A stretch of 64,000 nucleotides of DNA, taken from positions 5,248 to 69,247 of the forward strand of contig JAFZAC010000031.1 of the NCBI GenBank assembly GCA_017548365.1, written 5' to 3'. Positions 1-9,438 of this stretch are shown in pieces. Each line of letters starts with the position of its first letter. Positions within the stretch are counted from its first letter, which is position 1. Made by a program: the position numbers and the translations under genes. Origin of the DNA: Muribaculaceae bacterium. Its GTDB lineage: Bacteria; Bacteroidota; Bacteroidia; Bacteroidales; Muribaculaceae. The notes beneath the pieces were generated by a model. It was not told the origin of the DNA, ran no database searches, and saw only the letters and a list, made by a program, of their open reading frames with translations.

Positions 1-2
1 CT

Positions 3-473
3 ACACCAAAACTAGACGATCTGGATTATCAAATCCTTAACATGCTTTCAAGCGATGCACGTAAACCTTACCTTGAGATAGCTCGCGAGTGCAATGTGTC
101 GGGTGCTGCTATTCACCAACGCATTCAAAAACTCAACGCGATGGGTGTTATTAAAGGGTCTATTTCGCTAATCAATCCTGTATCTGTAGGCTTTGAAACT
201 TGCGCTTATGTTGGTATTTTCCTCAACGACTCGTCAAAATTTGAAAGTGTCGTAAATCACTTGAAAGAACTGCCCGAAGTTGTTGAGTGTTATTTCACTA
301 CAGGAAAATATGACATGTTTGTGAAGTTGTATGCTCACAACAACGACCACTTGCTAAAGCTCATTCATGACAAGTTCCTGCAATTGGGTCTTGGCCGCAC
401 CGAGACACTGATAACTTTCAAGGAAGTGTTCAAACGTCAAATTCCCATTAAAAAGATTGAAAAAAAGAAATAA
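3..473 (+). CDS. asnC: Lrp/AsnC family transcriptional regulator (5' end runs off the window)
   Basis: The frame is open from base 3 (TPKLDDLDYQILNMLSSDARKPYLEIARECNVSGAAIHQRIQKL = AsnC HTH), with a C-terminal RAM domain (EVVECYFTTGKYD). The true start lies just upstream of the window. Confidence 0.85.
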   Translation, partial: TPKLDDLDYQILNMLSSDARKPYLEIARECNVSGAAIHQRIQKLNAMGVIKGSISLINPVSVGFETCAYVGIFLNDSSKFESVVNHLKELPEVVECYFTTGKYDMFVKLYAHNNDHLLKLIHDKFLQLGLGRTETLITFKEVFKRQIPIKKIEKKK

Positions 474-482
474 GCTTTTTAC

Positions 483-1256
483 ATGACAAGTTTACATGCT
501 ATTCTCGATCACGCTATGACAATGGCGCGAGCGGCAGGTGAAGTACAGCTCCAGCTTTTCAGGTCACAAGAACTGGAAATAGCAACCAAGCAAAATGACT
601 TTGATGTCGTTACTGCCGCCGACAAAGCCAGCGAAAAAATCATAGTTGAGAGCATTAACAAAAAATTTCCCGACCACTCGGTACTCACCGAGGAGTCGGG
701 ATTATCTTTGAAAGGAAATGGAGAGTGGGAATGGGTAATCGACCCACTTGACGGAACTACCAACTACAGCGCTGGACTGCCATGGTTCAACGTGTCAATA
801 GGCATCAAGCACAACGGTGAAACAATGGCGGGTGTAGTCTATGCTCCACGGCTAGGAGAGATGTTTGCCGCAACGCTCAATGGCGGAGCCACTCTCAACG
901 GCGCCCCCATAAAGCCAAGCCTCACCCCTACCCTGTCGAAGGCTGTAATATCCACTGGTTTCCCCTATGACAAAGCCACCAACCCCGACAACAACCTCGA
1001 CAACGTACAGCGAGTAATGCCTGTTATTAGAGGTTTGAGACGCATGGGATCGGCAGCTCTCGACATATGCTATGTGGCAGCTGGCTTCCTCGATGCCTAT
1101 TGGGAGCTGAACCTCCATGAGTGGGACGTGTGTGCAGCAATGCTTATAGCACACGAAGCAGGCGCCATAACTCATCGATTCAGGCCCGACCGCAACTGGT
1201 GCATAATAGCATCAAATGTGCCCCTAGCATCACAGCTCAAGGACATAATAATCTGA
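483..1256 (+). CDS. suhB: Inositol monophosphatase family protein
   Basis: Motifs VTAADKASE, TEES, WVIDPLDGTTNY, RRMGSAALDICYVAAG and WDVCAA. Confidence 0.85.
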   Translation: MTSLHAILDHAMTMARAAGEVQLQLFRSQELEIATKQNDFDVVTAADKASEKIIVESINKKFPDHSVLTEESGLSLKGNGEWEWVIDPLDGTTNYSAGLPWFNVSIGIKHNGETMAGVVYAPRLGEMFAATLNGGATLNGAPIKPSLTPTLSKAVISTGFPYDKATNPDNNLDNVQRVMPVIRGLRRMGSAALDICYVAAGFLDAYWELNLHEWDVCAAMLIAHEAGAITHRFRPDRNWCIIASNVPLASQLKDIII

Positions 1257-1294
1257 AGTAATTGTATTGAGATAAACTATAGAGTGTTCTATAA

Positions 1295-1975
1295 CTACGA
1301 CCCCAAGAGGATGTTGTAAATAAGAGTGATATCTCCAGCAGTGACAGAACCATCGCCGTCCTGGTCTCCATTGACAATACAGCTTGAATCGTTGTTGAGA
1401 AGGTAGTTGTAAAGCACTGTAATGTCGGCGCTGGTCACTGTTCCATCGCCGTCAACATCTCCCATAACAGGTGCTGCCAAGCTCTCAACTATGACTTCCC
1501 TAATTGATAGAGCACTATTAAGAGTGGCATCCTTGCATGATAATTGCAACTTGAACTGTGTGGCTTCAACATTGCACAAATCTATCTTCACCGAGAACGC
1601 CCTGTGCTCTTGTGCATCCTCAAATTTGTAGAATACGCTTGCCAATTCATTGTCATTTTCATCAATGAGGGTGAAAGTGGGCGAACCTTGTGTAGGATTA
1701 TAAGAGGACGTATTAATATTTGAATGTGTCTTCACGCTTACAGATATGGAATCGACACCCCCACTATTCATAAGAGGAGAAGTAAGAATATAATCCCCAT
1801 AAAGATTAATCTTATTCTGCATGATATTGCTACTTGACAAGGGCACTGTGGTTTTGCTATACACCCAACCGTCATAATGTGTATTGTCAAATTGAGCTAT
1901 CGTGTCAACAGTTTCGGCCTGTGAAATAAGAACTGAGGCCATTATAGCAATAAGTGTGAAGATATACTTTTTCAT
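1295..1975 (-). CDS. Secreted protein with C-terminal type I dockerin
   Basis: Signal peptide MKKYIFTLIAIMASVLISQA. It ends in two Ca-binding repeats, GDVDGDGTVTSADITVLYNYLL and GDQDGDGSVTAGDITLIYNILLG. Confidence 0.8.
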   Translation of the reverse strand: MKKYIFTLIAIMASVLISQAETVDTIAQFDNTHYDGWVYSKTTVPLSSSNIMQNKINLYGDYILTSPLMNSGGVDSISVSVKTHSNINTSSYNPTQGSPTFTLIDENDNELASVFYKFEDAQEHRAFSVKIDLCNVEATQFKLQLSCKDATLNSALSIREVIVESLAAPVMGDVDGDGTVTSADITVLYNYLLNNDSSCIVNGDQDGDGSVTAGDITLIYNILLGS

Positions 1976-2078
1976 AGTTGAAAGTTTATGATAGTTTAAA
2001 AGATATTTTCAATTGTGCAAAAATACCATTTCTCTAACAATTATGCAAATCATGTACTTATTTTTATTTTTTACTCAG

Positions 2079-2110
2079 TTTGTATATTTGGATTGTGTTG
2101 ATTACCTTTG
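2079..2110 (+). promoter_or_regulatory. Bacteroidetes sigma-A promoter for mltG
   Basis: TTTG (2079-2082), 20-nt spacer, TACCTTTG (2103-2110); matches TTTG-N19-21-TAnnTTTG. Confidence 0.65.
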
Positions 2111-2135
2111 CAAAAGTTTTTAATATCACAAGACA

Positions 2136-3206
2136 ATGGCAAAAACCACCAGAAAAAAAACTACCAAGAAGGCTAACACCAAGTTCATATTACCAAAGTG
2201 GGCGAAAATCACAGCTGTTGCAGTTATTGTCCTAATAGCAATCGGAGTAATATTTGCAGCACCATTTCTAACAACTAAAGCCGACAAGAAGGCTACACTC
2301 CTTTTGAAACGAGGCACGAGCAACAAAGAAGTTGCCGACTCCCTAGCAAGCTGTACCAGCAAGCATTTTGCCGACAAAGTAATGGAGCTTATCGAAATAA
2401 CTCATGGAGACTTGAGCAACCGTCATGGAGCATTCACCATCAAGGAGGGCGAGAGCGCCTTAAGCGTTGCCAACCATCTGCGCCGAGGCGACCCCGACGA
2501 AGTAAAAGTCACCATTAACAGCATACGCACCAAGGAAGATCTTGCCAAACGCCTTGCCAATCGTCTGATGATGAGCAAAGAGGATATGCTCAAAGCGCTC
2601 AACGATAAAGAACTATGTGCTAAATATGACAAGACTCCCGACAACATCACAGGCATCTTCCTGCCCGACACTTATCAGTTCCTATGGGACGTAGAGCCAG
2701 CCAAGCTCATTGAACACATGGCTAAATACAGTAACAATTTCTGGAATGGCGAAAGAAAAGAAAAGGCCGAGAAAATTGGTCTCACACCCGACGAAGTGGT
2801 AACACTTGCTTCAATAGTCGAGGGAGAGACCACCAAAGCCGATGAGAAAGGAAAAGTTGCACGTCTATACCTTAACCGACTGCAAAAACACATTAAACTT
2901 CAAGCCGACCCAACGGTGAAGTTTGCGCTTCAAAACTTTGCATTGCGTCGCATCACCTTCGAGGACTGCAGTGTTCAGTCGCCATGGAACACCTATTATG
3001 TGGAAGGTCTGCCACCAGGCCCCATCTGCATCCCCGATAAGGCTTCAATAGACGCTGTTCTCGATGCTCCCAAGCACAACTATATCTACATGTGCGCAAA
3101 GGAAGACTTCTCGGGATATCACAACTTTGCCGAAACGCTTGCCGAGCACGAAGCTTTTGCCGCCAAGTACCATCAGGCACTCCGCGAAAAAGGCATCAGG
3201 CGATAG
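2136..3206 (+). CDS. mltG: Endolytic murein transglycosylase MltG
   Basis: N-terminal TM helix; LASIVEGET, LQADPT, SPWNTY and GLPPGPI motifs of the YceG family. Confidence 0.93.
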   Translation: MAKTTRKKTTKKANTKFILPKWAKITAVAVIVLIAIGVIFAAPFLTTKADKKATLLLKRGTSNKEVADSLASCTSKHFADKVMELIEITHGDLSNRHGAFTIKEGESALSVANHLRRGDPDEVKVTINSIRTKEDLAKRLANRLMMSKEDMLKALNDKELCAKYDKTPDNITGIFLPDTYQFLWDVEPAKLIEHMAKYSNNFWNGERKEKAEKIGLTPDEVVTLASIVEGETTKADEKGKVARLYLNRLQKHIKLQADPTVKFALQNFALRRITFEDCSVQSPWNTYYVEGLPPGPICIPDKASIDAVLDAPKHNYIYMCAKEDFSGYHNFAETLAEHEAFAAKYHQALREKGIRR

Positions 3207-3209
3207 CCA

Positions 3210-3443
3210 TCAACAACTCGTATCGTCTCCAATTATTTGACGAGCCTTTTCCAAATCTCGCTCAAAAACCACCACCCTATAAGCTCCTTGTGGGAATCCC
3301 TGCAAGAGCGCATTGGCTGTGGCATCACCCATAACACCGGCAATAATACCGTTTTGTTCAAGGGCTCCTTTCACAATTTCGGCATCAACCTGGCTGTTAT
3401 ACTTTGACAGGGTAACAATATTGTCATCGTTTTCCATAATCAA
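3210..3443 (-). CDS. DUF2007 / putative signal-transducing small protein
   Basis: Y.S.VDAEIVKGALEQNGI pattern followed by the RVVVFERDLEKARQII pattern. Confidence 0.7.
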   Translation of the reverse strand: MIMENDDNIVTLSKYNSQVDAEIVKGALEQNGIIAGVMGDATANALLQGFPQGAYRVVVFERDLEKARQIIGDDTSC

Positions 3444-3448
3444 TAAAT

Positions 3449-3673
3449 TTAAGCATTATTATCGTCATCGCTCATCTCGGCGAGCACCTTCTTGAGTTCT
3501 TCGTCGGTGGCGGTAAGTTTTGCCTTGCACACCTTGAGAAGCTCCAGCGAGCGAGCGGTATACTGGCTCAGATTGTCAATGCTGCACTCAGGGCTCTGCA
3601 TTTTTTTTACTATCTCCTCAAGTTCGGTAATTGCTTGAGTATAGGTCATCTTGCTAATGTCTTGAACATCCAT
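3449..3673 (-). CDS. xseB: Exodeoxyribonuclease VII small subunit
   Basis: TYTQAITELEEIVKKMQ...SIDNL...RSLELLKVCKAKL; adjacent to xseA. Confidence 0.93.
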   Translation of the reverse strand: MDVQDISKMTYTQAITELEEIVKKMQSPECSIDNLSQYTARSLELLKVCKAKLTATDEELKKVLAEMSDDDNNA

Positions 3674-3690
3674 ATCTTATTATATCTTTT

Positions 3691-4983
3691 TTATTCTACA
3701 ACACTTATAACTTTACCGTCTTTCAACATTGTCTCAAGGCGGTCGCCACACTTGACATCTGTGGCACTGGTCACCACATGTCCATCAATGGTTGTGAGCG
3801 AATAACCGCGGTCAAGGATGTTCTGTGGCGAGAGGAGCTGAACTTTGTCGGCGAGTGCTGCAAGCCTCATCTTCTCACGTTCAAAACCGCTCGTCACAGC
3901 CAGCTTAATTGCCTGCTGTTTGTGCTGCAATCCTGTTCTTTCATTGCCAAGTCTTGACTTGAGGACCAATGGTATTGACTGTGCATAGTTTCCAAGCCTC
4001 AACCGGCTGGTCTCAACAAGCTTTTGAGCAGTTATGGGAATATAGTTGCCATAGTAGGCCAGCTGCTCCCTAGAGTGAGCCACGGCATCACGTGCACTTG
4101 TCACTACCAATGTTGCGAGCTCATTGAGCCTATCAAGCTGAGCAATGCCGCATTGCACAAGGAACTGAGCTGCGGCTGTGGGGGTCTTCACATGCAGTTT
4201 CGAAACCATATCAGGGATTGTTACATCGCGGTCATGCCCTATACCTGTAATCACCGGTAGCGGAAATTGTGCAATATTGGAACCAAGTTCATAATTGTCA
4301 AAAGAATTTAGGTCGGTAGTTGCTCCACCGCCACGAATTATCACCAAGCAGTCGAACATCTCTAGCACCGCGGCAATGCGGTCGAGAGCCGCAATCACCG
4401 ACGGCACAGTGTTCACACCTTGCATAACCGCTTCAAAGAGGCAAGTGTAGAATTTGAGCCCATAATCATTATTATGAAGTTGATTCATGAAGTCGCCATA
4501 GCCCGCGGCACCCCTTGCCGAGATAACCGCAATGCGCTGAGGGACAAGCGGCCAGCTTAGCTGCTTGTTCATATCGATAATGCCGTCCATAGTAAGCTTG
4601 GCTATTATCTCACGCCTGATGCGCTCCATATCGCCAAGTGTGTAGCGTGGATTGATATCGGTAATCACAGCCTTCAATCCAAACTGCTCATGGAAGGTGG
4701 CATTCACCTTGACCATTACGCCCATCGAGGTACTCAGATGACTGCCTGTTTCTCTCAGAAAAAAGTCGTTGAGTCGGGCAAAAGTGCTTGCCCAAATCAC
4801 TGCTCCCAACCTTGCTACAGTGGCACCCTCTTCATTTTTCTGAATCAGTTCAAGATAGCAATGTCCTCGCGAGACCCTTAGGTCGCTCGTTTCGGCAGTG
4901 ACCCAGCATCCTTGCACACTTGGGTCGTGCACAAGTTCCTTGATTTTAGAGTTATATTCCAGTAATGTTAACGAGTTCTCCAT
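3691..4983 (-). CDS. xseA: Exodeoxyribonuclease VII large subunit
   Basis: OB fold (RGHCYLELI), IIRGGG, TGIGHDRD, TPTAAA and RGYS motifs. Confidence 0.95.
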   Translation of the reverse strand: MENSLTLLEYNSKIKELVHDPSVQGCWVTAETSDLRVSRGHCYLELIQKNEEGATVARLGAVIWASTFARLNDFFLRETGSHLSTSMGVMVKVNATFHEQFGLKAVITDINPRYTLGDMERIRREIIAKLTMDGIIDMNKQLSWPLVPQRIAVISARGAAGYGDFMNQLHNNDYGLKFYTCLFEAVMQGVNTVPSVIAALDRIAAVLEMFDCLVIIRGGGATTDLNSFDNYELGSNIAQFPLPVITGIGHDRDVTIPDMVSKLHVKTPTAAAQFLVQCGIAQLDRLNELATLVVTSARDAVAHSREQLAYYGNYIPITAQKLVETSRLRLGNYAQSIPLVLKSRLGNERTGLQHKQQAIKLAVTSGFEREKMRLAALADKVQLLSPQNILDRGYSLTTIDGHVVTSATDVKCGDRLETMLKDGKVISVVE

Positions 4984-5006
4984 TATTAAGAAATCTCAAC
5001 TCTGCA

Positions 5007-5681
5007 TTATTTAGCCTTCTTGAACTTAGCTTTTTTGATGTCGTAGACAACCTTTTTTGTTACGATAGATGAATAGCGCGTGAAACTCTCTCCAAGGAAG
5101 AAATCCTCAAGATTGCACTGTGCTACAAGAGTGTTGCCTTCAAGCTTCATCTCTATCATGGCAAAGTAAACAGCGCTCTTAAGTTCTTCTCGTAATTGAT
5201 TTGACGCATTTGGCAAAATGAAATCGTCTACGGTGGGTGGAGTAAAGAACGCTGCTGTCTCGAGCTGCCTCCACTTGGTATCATAGAATGTGATGCGGCT
5301 GTCTTTATAAGGTGTTTCCACAGTCTCTATTACAACAACGACTGTGTCACGCGACGACTTGGGAAGCATCTTCATCTCTACAGTTCTTGCCGATGAAGTC
5401 GAGATGAGCATATAGTCATCAGTGAGCTTCAGCAAGTGTGTCTCGCTTGTCTCCAGGTCGTTGACTACATCTTTTTTATATTCTTTTCCATAATAGTTGA
5501 GCAGTTCATATCTTGTTGACAAGGATAAAGAGTTGAATAAATCACCTTTTTCCTCAAGAAAAAGCTTCGAGATGCCATCATAGGTAATAGGCTCTACAAC
5601 ATCTGAAACCGGCCCTGCTTTGACCATCATCGACAGCATCATAACTGCCGAAAGAATCAAGAATTTCAAATTACTTTTCAT
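5007..5681 (-). CDS. DUF3256-family exported protein
   Basis: Signal peptide; KLTDDYMLISTS, EMKMLP and SRITFYDTKW patterns typical of this Bacteroidetes family. Confidence 0.6.
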   Translation of the reverse strand: MKSNLKFLILSAVMMLSMMVKAGPVSDVVEPITYDGISKLFLEEKGDLFNSLSLSTRYELLNYYGKEYKKDVVNDLETSETHLLKLTDDYMLISTSSARTVEMKMLPKSSRDTVVVVIETVETPYKDSRITFYDTKWRQLETAAFFTPPTVDDFILPNASNQLREELKSAVYFAMIEMKLEGNTLVAQCNLEDFFLGESFTRYSSIVTKKVVYDIKKAKFKKAK

Positions 5682-6784
5682 AGACGTGTTATTGTGCCGT
5701 CGTCGGTAATATTTAGTTTGTTGTCTTTAAAATCGCTTAATGTCAGCTCTCTCATATCTTTTGGAACGGCATTAGTTGGATCGCGACGCGGACCCGTGAG
5801 GCTTCCCTGAAGGAAAGAGTGAATCTTGCCGTCAAGAAACTTACCATCAGGGCCAAGTCTTGCCACCAGCAGAGGTGCGTGACCGGTTTGGCCAGCGGTG
5901 CTCATTCCCATTGTTGCAAAGTTGCCCAAGCTGTAGGCAATGAGGTGGTCGTTATACAGTTCCATGCCTCGTGGCACGTGGGGTCCGTGTCCATAGACGA
6001 TGTCGGCTCCACTGTCGATGCACAGGTGCGCAAACTTGCGCACATCTCCCCTATCCATGCCATGGAAGTACTCGGTTCCATAGGGCACGTGACGCTTGGA
6101 TGTGCCCTCGGCGCCACCGTGGAAGCACACAATCACTATATCGCAGTCTTTGCGCAGCTGCTTGACGATGCGCGCTACTGTAACGGTGTCCTGAGTCTTT
6201 AGAGAATAATCCTCGTGTCCAAAAGCACAGAATCCATATTTCACCCCGTTAATCTCCTTAACGCTCGTCTCGCAGTCCTTAGTGCCTGCAACACCTATTC
6301 CAGCATCTTTCAACGTTTTGATTGTTGACTGAATGCCGGCATCATAAAAATCGAAGATATGGTTGTTGGCTATACCCATGAAGTCATAACCGGCATCTAC
6401 CATCAAATTGACAAATCGTGTGGGCATCATGAAGGAGAACGACAGTGGTCCTGGGCGCTTGCGTGTCGTGCCATTGTCGGCAAGCACTCCCTCAAGGTTT
6501 CCGCATGCCACATCGGCACTCTTCAATATCGAGTCACAATCACGAAACAGGTCTTTTCCATCGTTGGGCGGCATGCGTCGGGTGGGCTTTATCGACCCAA
6601 GCATCATGTCGCCGTTCATCGCTATTGTGACAGGATGGGAAATGCGGTGACGCACAGAATCCTGAGCTGTGGTATCGCTTTTCCCTACCGAAGAACTGTC
6701 CTTCATGGTTGTGTTGACACAACTTGAAAGCGCGACAATGGCAACGAATGCCATTACATTAACAAACTTCATTTTGATTGTCAT
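5678..6784 (-). CDS. CapA/PGA_cap metallophosphatase-fold lipoprotein (copy 1)
   Basis: Lipobox LSSC; GDMM, GNLEG, ANNH, FHGG, GHGPH and YSLGNF motifs. Confidence 0.85.
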   Translation of the reverse strand: MTIKMKFVNVMAFVAIVALSSCVNTTMKDSSSVGKSDTTAQDSVRHRISHPVTIAMNGDMMLGSIKPTRRMPPNDGKDLFRDCDSILKSADVACGNLEGVLADNGTTRKRPGPLSFSFMMPTRFVNLMVDAGYDFMGIANNHIFDFYDAGIQSTIKTLKDAGIGVAGTKDCETSVKEINGVKYGFCAFGHEDYSLKTQDTVTVARIVKQLRKDCDIVIVCFHGGAEGTSKRHVPYGTEYFHGMDRGDVRKFAHLCIDSGADIVYGHGPHVPRGMELYNDHLIAYSLGNFATMGMSTAGQTGHAPLLVARLGPDGKFLDGKIHSFLQGSLTGPRRDPTNAVPKDMRELTLSDFKDNKLNITDDGTITRL

Positions 6785-6795
6785 TAATTACTCTT

Positions 6796-7914
6796 CTACT
6801 TTTTAGTGATTGTACCGTCGTCGGCAATATTGAGCTGGTTATCCTTGATATCCTCCTGAGTGAGCATTCTTATCTCTTTCACCACTGCATTGCCGGCATC
6901 ACGGCGCGGACCCTTGTCGCGGTATTGTATGAACGAATGAATCTTGCCGTCAATAAACATTCCCTTGCCGTCGATGCGGGCGACAAGCACTGGAGCATAG
7001 GCGGTGGGACCATGAAGGCTCATGCCGCGAGGTGTAGCAAAATTACCCAGACTATAAGCGATGAGGTGCCCTTTGTAAAGCTCCATTGCACGGCACACGT
7101 GAGGACCGTGACCATAGACGATGTCGGCGCCATTGTCGATGCACAGGTGTGCAAACTGCCTCAAGTTGCCTCGGTCGGCGCCATAAAAATACTCTGTACC
7201 GTTGGGCAAATGCCTCTGCGACACTCCTTCGGCACCACCATGGAAACATACTATCACGATATCGCAATCCTTGCGCAACTGCTTGACGATGCGCTTGACA
7301 GTTGCAGTGTCTTGAGTCTTGAGGGAATACTCCTCATGTCCAAAAGCGCAAAAGCCATACTTCACACCGTTTATTTCCTTGACACTGGTCTCACATGCCT
7401 TGGTGCCTGCAACTCCAATATTATTATCCCTCAATGTCTTGATGGTAGACTCAATGCACACTGGATAAAAGTCATTGATATGGTTATTGGCGATACCCAA
7501 GAAATCATAGCCTGCATCAACAAGTAGCTTAACACTCTTGGTTGGCATCATAAACGAGAAGTTGAGTGGGCCTGGTGGCTTGCGAGTCTTGCCGCTGTCG
7601 GCAAGCACTCCCTCAAGGTTTCCACATGCCACATCGGCGCGTCTCAGAATATCGGCACAGTCTACAAAGATGTCTTTGCCATCGTTTGGGGGCATATTTC
7701 GCGTTGGAAGTATCGTGCCGGTCATGATATCTCCGTTCATTGCCAGTGTAACGGTATCGACAATGGGCTTTTTCTCCTTATCTTCGGATTTGGTTGTAGC
7801 TGTTGAGTCGTTGCCTTCAGCTCCCGAACCGCTGCTGCCATCTACGTTGCACGAAATGAGCGCCATCAACGCAGCCAATGCTATAATGTTGAAAACTCTC
7901 ATATTCATGCTCAC
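6796..7914 (-). CDS. CapA/PGA_cap metallophosphatase-fold lipoprotein (copy 2)
   Basis: Lipobox LISC, Ser/Gly/Thr-rich linker, same catalytic motifs as copy 1. Confidence 0.85.
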   Translation of the reverse strand: MSMNMRVFNIIALAALMALISCNVDGSSGSGAEGNDSTATTKSEDKEKKPIVDTVTLAMNGDIMTGTILPTRNMPPNDGKDIFVDCADILRRADVACGNLEGVLADSGKTRKPPGPLNFSFMMPTKSVKLLVDAGYDFLGIANNHINDFYPVCIESTIKTLRDNNIGVAGTKACETSVKEINGVKYGFCAFGHEEYSLKTQDTATVKRIVKQLRKDCDIVIVCFHGGAEGVSQRHLPNGTEYFYGADRGNLRQFAHLCIDNGADIVYGHGPHVCRAMELYKGHLIAYSLGNFATPRGMSLHGPTAYAPVLVARIDGKGMFIDGKIHSFIQYRDKGPRRDAGNAVVKEIRMLTQEDIKDNQLNIADDGTITKK

Positions 7915-8318
7915 TTACCAAGCCTCACACAGTAAACCCATGTGACATTGGAAAAATCGATATAAATCTGCAACACGTCATTCTTGTCCACCCTAAGTCG
8001 CAAATCACCTTTATCACCGTCCTGGTCAATGATTTTCATCTTTATTTGAGAGCCACCTTTCACATCATCCAATGCAGTGACATACTCGGTGATGCGATAG
8101 GTTTGAGTCTTGTTGCTGTAAATAATCACAACTTCCTTGTCAGTATCAATTTTCACATCAACATCACACTTTTGCCACTTGTTCCAAGGATTCCACTCGC
8201 CAGTAGACATATTCTTGGTGTGATAATTGTATTTATAAGCTTTATACCACAAAGCTTCGGCATTCAGCGATAAGCTAATGCTCAGAAGCAGCATCAATAT
8301 AAAAATCGTTTTTTTCAT
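7911..8318 (-). CDS. Exported hypothetical protein
   Basis: Signal peptide, beta-rich 135 aa; 4-nt overlap with the next gene suggests translational coupling. Confidence 0.65.
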   Translation of the reverse strand: MKKTIFILMLLLSISLSLNAEALWYKAYKYNYHTKNMSTGEWNPWNKWQKCDVDVKIDTDKEVVIIYSNKTQTYRITEYVTALDDVKGGSQIKMKIIDQDGDKGDLRLRVDKNDVLQIYIDFSNVTWVYCVRLGK

Positions 8319-8370
8319 AATCTCAAAAATTTATGTTTGTATCGAGTTAATTATTTAATCCTGTCTATTT

Positions 8371-9429
8371 TCACTTGCGTGTGATGATGCCGTCGTCGGC
8401 TATGTTCAGTTGATTGTCCTTAATGTCCTCCTCGGTAAGAGTCCTTATTTCCTTGACCACAACACCTGTAGTGTCGACACGGGGTCCTTTGTCGCGATAC
8501 TGGATGAAAGGATGAATCTTGCCATCAACGAATTCACCATTCATGTTCAACCTCACTGTGAGCAATGGAGCATAGGCTGTCTGCTCATGGAGTTTCATAC
8601 CTCGAGGTGTAGCAAAATTACCAAGGCTGTAAGCGATGAGATGGCCTTTGTAAAGCTCCATGGCACGACACACGTGAGGTCCGTGGCCATAGACGATGTC
8701 GGCGCCATTGTCGATGCACAAGTGTGCAAACTGTCGCAGGTTACCTCTATCGGCACCATAGAAATACTCTGTCCCGTTGGGCAGGTGACGTTCGGATATT
8801 CCTTCCGAGCCTCCGTGGAAGCACACAATCACGATGTCGCATTCCTTGCGCAGTTTCTGAACTATGCGTTTCACAGTGGGAGTATCTTGAGTGCGCAGTG
8901 TGTAGCTCTCGTGCCCAAAAGCGCAAAAGCCATATTTCACTCCGTTAATCACCTTGATGCTAGTCTCGCAGTCACTGGTTCCAGCAACACCTATTCCGTT
9001 GTCGGTGAGAGTCTTTATTGTAGATTGGATACAAACGGGATAAAAGTCGTTGATGTGATTGTTGGCAATGCCCATGAAGTCATAACCGGCATCCACAAGA
9101 AGATTCACACTCTTAGTGGGCATCATAAATGAGAAAGACAACTTTCCTGGGCGCTTGCGGGTCTTACCCTTGTCGGCAAGCACTCCCTCAAGGTTGCCAC
9201 ATGCCACGTCAACACTCCTTATTATCGAGTCGCAGTCAATGAAAATGTCGCGTCCGTCATTGGGTGGCATATCGCGAGAAGGCAAAATCGAACCGGTCAT
9301 TATATCGCCGTTCATCGAGATTGTGACAAATTCTGGCTTGCTTTGTTGTTCGACACTTTGCGCCAGAGCAAGGCTCGATACTGCAATTATCAGCACTATC
9401 GTGATGTAAAAACGTCTAAATATATTCAT
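8371..9429 (-). CDS. CapA/PGA_cap metallophosphatase-fold protein (copy 3, non-lipidated signal peptide)
   Basis: SPI-type signal (SSLALA/Q), same motif set, long stretches of protein identity with copy 2. Confidence 0.85.
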   Translation of the reverse strand: MNIFRRFYITIVLIIAVSSLALAQSVEQQSKPEFVTISMNGDIMTGSILPSRDMPPNDGRDIFIDCDSIIRSVDVACGNLEGVLADKGKTRKRPGKLSFSFMMPTKSVNLLVDAGYDFMGIANNHINDFYPVCIQSTIKTLTDNGIGVAGTSDCETSIKVINGVKYGFCAFGHESYTLRTQDTPTVKRIVQKLRKECDIVIVCFHGGSEGISERHLPNGTEYFYGADRGNLRQFAHLCIDNGADIVYGHGPHVCRAMELYKGHLIAYSLGNFATPRGMKLHEQTAYAPLLTVRLNMNGEFVDGKIHPFIQYRDKGPRVDTTGVVVKEIRTLTEEDIKDNQLNIADDGIITRK

Positions 9430-9438
9430 CGTTTTGAA

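Noticed and set aside
5678-9429. Possible diversity-generating retroelement (TR/VR-like near-duplicates among CapA or GT2 paralogues)
   Set aside because: There is no reverse transcriptase in the window, and the differences are mostly synonymous rather than adenine-specific; these are ordinary gene duplications.
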